The position numbers were made by a program, and so were the translations under genes. DNA of 51,689 nucleotides, the filler included, from Catajapyx aquilonaris (Eukaryota): NCBI GenBank assembly GCA_000934665.2. It is 3 parts of 3 records of this genome, joined end to end, with 100 filler letters (N's around TTAATTAATTAA, not from the genome) between each part and the next. Parts side by side here need not be neighbours in the genome. Positions count along the whole stretch, not along the records: positions 34,509 to 51,689 come from KZ539628.1; 2 more parts are not named here. The stretch is one strand, 5' to 3'. This document shows positions 49,021-51,689 of the stretch, in pieces; position 1 is the stretch's first letter, and each line of letters starts with the position of its first letter. The notes beneath the pieces were generated by a model, which was not told the DNA's origin, searched no databases, and saw only the letters and a program-made list of their open reading frames with translations.

Positions 49021-49499
49021 CTATGCTGGTCAATGTTAAATGTTAATAATGGCACTTCGACAAACTTGTACATAATGTACATTGTACAGTAAGAATGGGA
49101 ATCACGAGTATACCGTCTTTGTTTCGTGAATAAAGATTTTAGTGAACAGGGTGCATAATAGAAGTGGTAATGAAAAAATGAAAGCTCTAATATACTGTAG
49201 GGCATACTGTTACAAATTTGCAATTTTTTGTAATTCAAAAGGACCCAGTAAACGATTGGAATATACAGTAATTTAAATTTACACACTGATCCCATTTTTG
49301 AGATACATTGTTCAGTATACTGGCATTAATTAGGTCAATGATTGCAAAATTTATTGTTAGTAACATTCCTTCAAATAGAGTATAAAGAGAAACAACTTTA
49401 ACGAATTAAACATCAGGTTAATCGACCAATATTCAGTTTTTATATACGATCTCATCTCCACTTCTATAAAAATTAAAATTAAAATTTCCGCCTGTGACA

Positions 49500-51470
49500 A
49501 TACACCTGATTGTGATCATTTTACGTTCAAAACATTGCAATCTACACTCTTCTCGCTGTCATGATGCAAATAATGTTTAAAAAACCATGTTTACTGTGTT
49601 CCTGTGTTCAAAATATGTCTGATTGTGACGCACCATAAGAAGGAACGTACCATTGACCTAAATATGACTGCTTCATTTTTCAGGTAGGAAATTGGGGTTC
49701 CCCACAAAATTTCCCCAGTCATCATTTCTGCAGAAGTAGGACAATGTGAAAGATTTATCAATAGGGCAGATGCCAGATCAAATAGAAACGCGATTAATTT
49801 TGCAAAATGTGGGTACTGTAGATAGACATCTCCGAAATTAATCGGCTTATTATGGGTAGTGAAAGCCCGAGCAATTTTTTGTCGCCGTATTGCATGTCTC
49901 AATTGAAGGTCTCACACCTTATTATATGAAATGCCCCAATTTTTAAAAATAACCCTCATCGACAGCTGCTCATTAACTCTGTAAAAACAACATCCAGAAA
50001 TCTCTGGCCACTCCTCCCCCCCAAAAATGCATGTTTTCGTGTTAATTCACGCCAATCATGCGCGAGAATTTCTGCGCGAAACAACGATTCACGAAACGTA
50101 ATGATTAGGCTTCTAAGGTAAAGGGGGGTGCACAGTGCAGTGAACCAGCACCCTGTTACAGTGCCTTATCTACACACAGTCAGTGACCTATTCTTACCCT
50201 ATATACAAGAAGAGATATAGCAATTTAGCTCTATATACAGTCAAACCTCTCTGTAATCTTCAGCGGAAACTTGTCCGTTACCAAATTTCTGTTTGATTCC
50301 AGATAATATTTATAATGTTTCATATAGTAAATCGGTCTATGCAGTATCATGTGGAGCAAGCAATTTTGATTGGAAATGGTCAATTAGTTCCGAATGTCGC
50401 TTTGGTAAGAACTGGTCATTAACATACCATAAATCTAGAATTGGTGAATAAAACTTGGCAATATTGAGCAAATTACAGAGCACAACCTAACCCCGGTATT
50501 GACATAAAAAGTATTGCCTCTCTATAGTTACATGAAGTGCATTAGCAATGACACTAATCCTCACTATTGCGCATCCCTATCGACACCATGCCCGCCATGT
50601 ACTGTAGGGCATTAATATTAATAATATTGCAAATGTGTAGATCATGGTACTAACAGATTTACGAAGCAGTACCTGAGTTTTCCTAAAGAATCAAAATGCA
50701 GTGTAATATCACTGTTGATAATAAACATTATTTTAAAATGCATGGATACACTTGAACAAAATGCTTCCTTCAACTCACGTTGCAATATTCATGATAGTTT
50801 ACCTGTTCCTTCCATTGGGATACTTAATTAAAGTGCGGCAGAGTTGTGGATTTCCGTGTCATGATAATGCAAGCAATTTGGTCTGTAAAGTTCATGTCTG
50901 GATCCCCAAGACCGTAATTTAAAATCCACAATTACTGCCAGCCTTCCTGTGTCACGCCACTTCAATAAAATATTGAAGCAGCATGGAATCACAACCAGCT
51001 GCCGCTTTAATTATTTTCTAAGGCAATTGGCCATGTTATACTGTAAAGGTAACTACAATATCCTCAGAACATACACTATCCCAAATTATGGACTAATTGT
51101 AAACAATAAATTTTAACAAGGAGCCACGGCAATGTATACATAACAATTTGGCGCGTATTCTTAAACATACTGTCTCATCTAGCATATAGAACACCTGATT
51201 CCATCGGATATGTGAAAATCATATTATGGTGAAAATATTAGTAACAGATATACTTAAGAAAACCTATTATGTTCATCATTGCAAAAACCTTTTACAGTGA
51301 TTGTACTTGAAGTTTCTCCTGTTTCCTCATTAAAAATCTCAACTTCATTTATTCTCTTTTCATCGGTCTATAGTTTTAAAACTTTGAAATGGTACTTTCA
51401 GAAGCAATTAAAATATTTTCGATCCCTTGAAAACAGACCGGACCTGAACTTTCCCAGGATTCATCCCAGT
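49500..51470 (-). pseudogene. Possible decayed, intron-containing gene of probable transposon origin
   Basis: Three minus-strand blocks (about 51470-51250, 51040-50805 and 49980-49500) each start after a TTTACAG/TTTTAG acceptor-like site. They give protein-like text with scattered stops and frameshifts, e.g. LRHAIRRQKIARAF...GDVYLQYPHF. Confidence 0.3.
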
Positions 51471-51689
51471 ACTAAAAGACGTAAACATTACAGGACAACG
51501 CTTGACAAAATATTATCACACAAATGCCTGTATAATATCGACCTGACCGCTCGGCCTCCAAAACATTGTTTGAAAACACACTGCACGTATTTCACCCATA
51601 AAGATCAGTGGCGATATCTAGCGTCACTCTGCAAAAGCCCCAAATATTACAAGTTCCTACCATCTACCTGTGTCAAACAATTCCCCCCC

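Overview
Repeat-dense eukaryotic genomic DNA, most likely from an arthropod: it carries (TTAGG)n/(CCTAA)n tracts and arthropod-type tRNA-derived SINEs. It comes from a draft scaffold with two artificial 100-bp gaps (N44-TTAATTAATTAA-N44) and two smaller N runs. I found no intact host protein-coding gene, RNA gene, CRISPR array or prokaryotic feature, and nearly all ORFs in the track are spurious. The window is a nested patchwork of transposable elements. It includes three tRNA-derived SINEs with mixed heads and tails, a 5'-truncated RTE LINE with a TSD, and degenerate LINE fragments. One LINE has its CCHC zinc knuckle split exactly by a Harbinger-like element. Utopia/NeSL-like RT fragments sit inside a TIR element. 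There is also a short ORF-less LINE-5'UTR-plus-tail element, many hairpin MITEs (Tc1/mariner-, hAT-, Sola-, Transib-like), a Helitron 3' end, and a foldback element whose missing right arm reappears at the opposite end of the same contig. Family assignments come from motifs recognised by eye, not from database searches. I do not see convincing evidence for a wholly new biological system; the best leads concern TE modularity, nesting and structured RNA.
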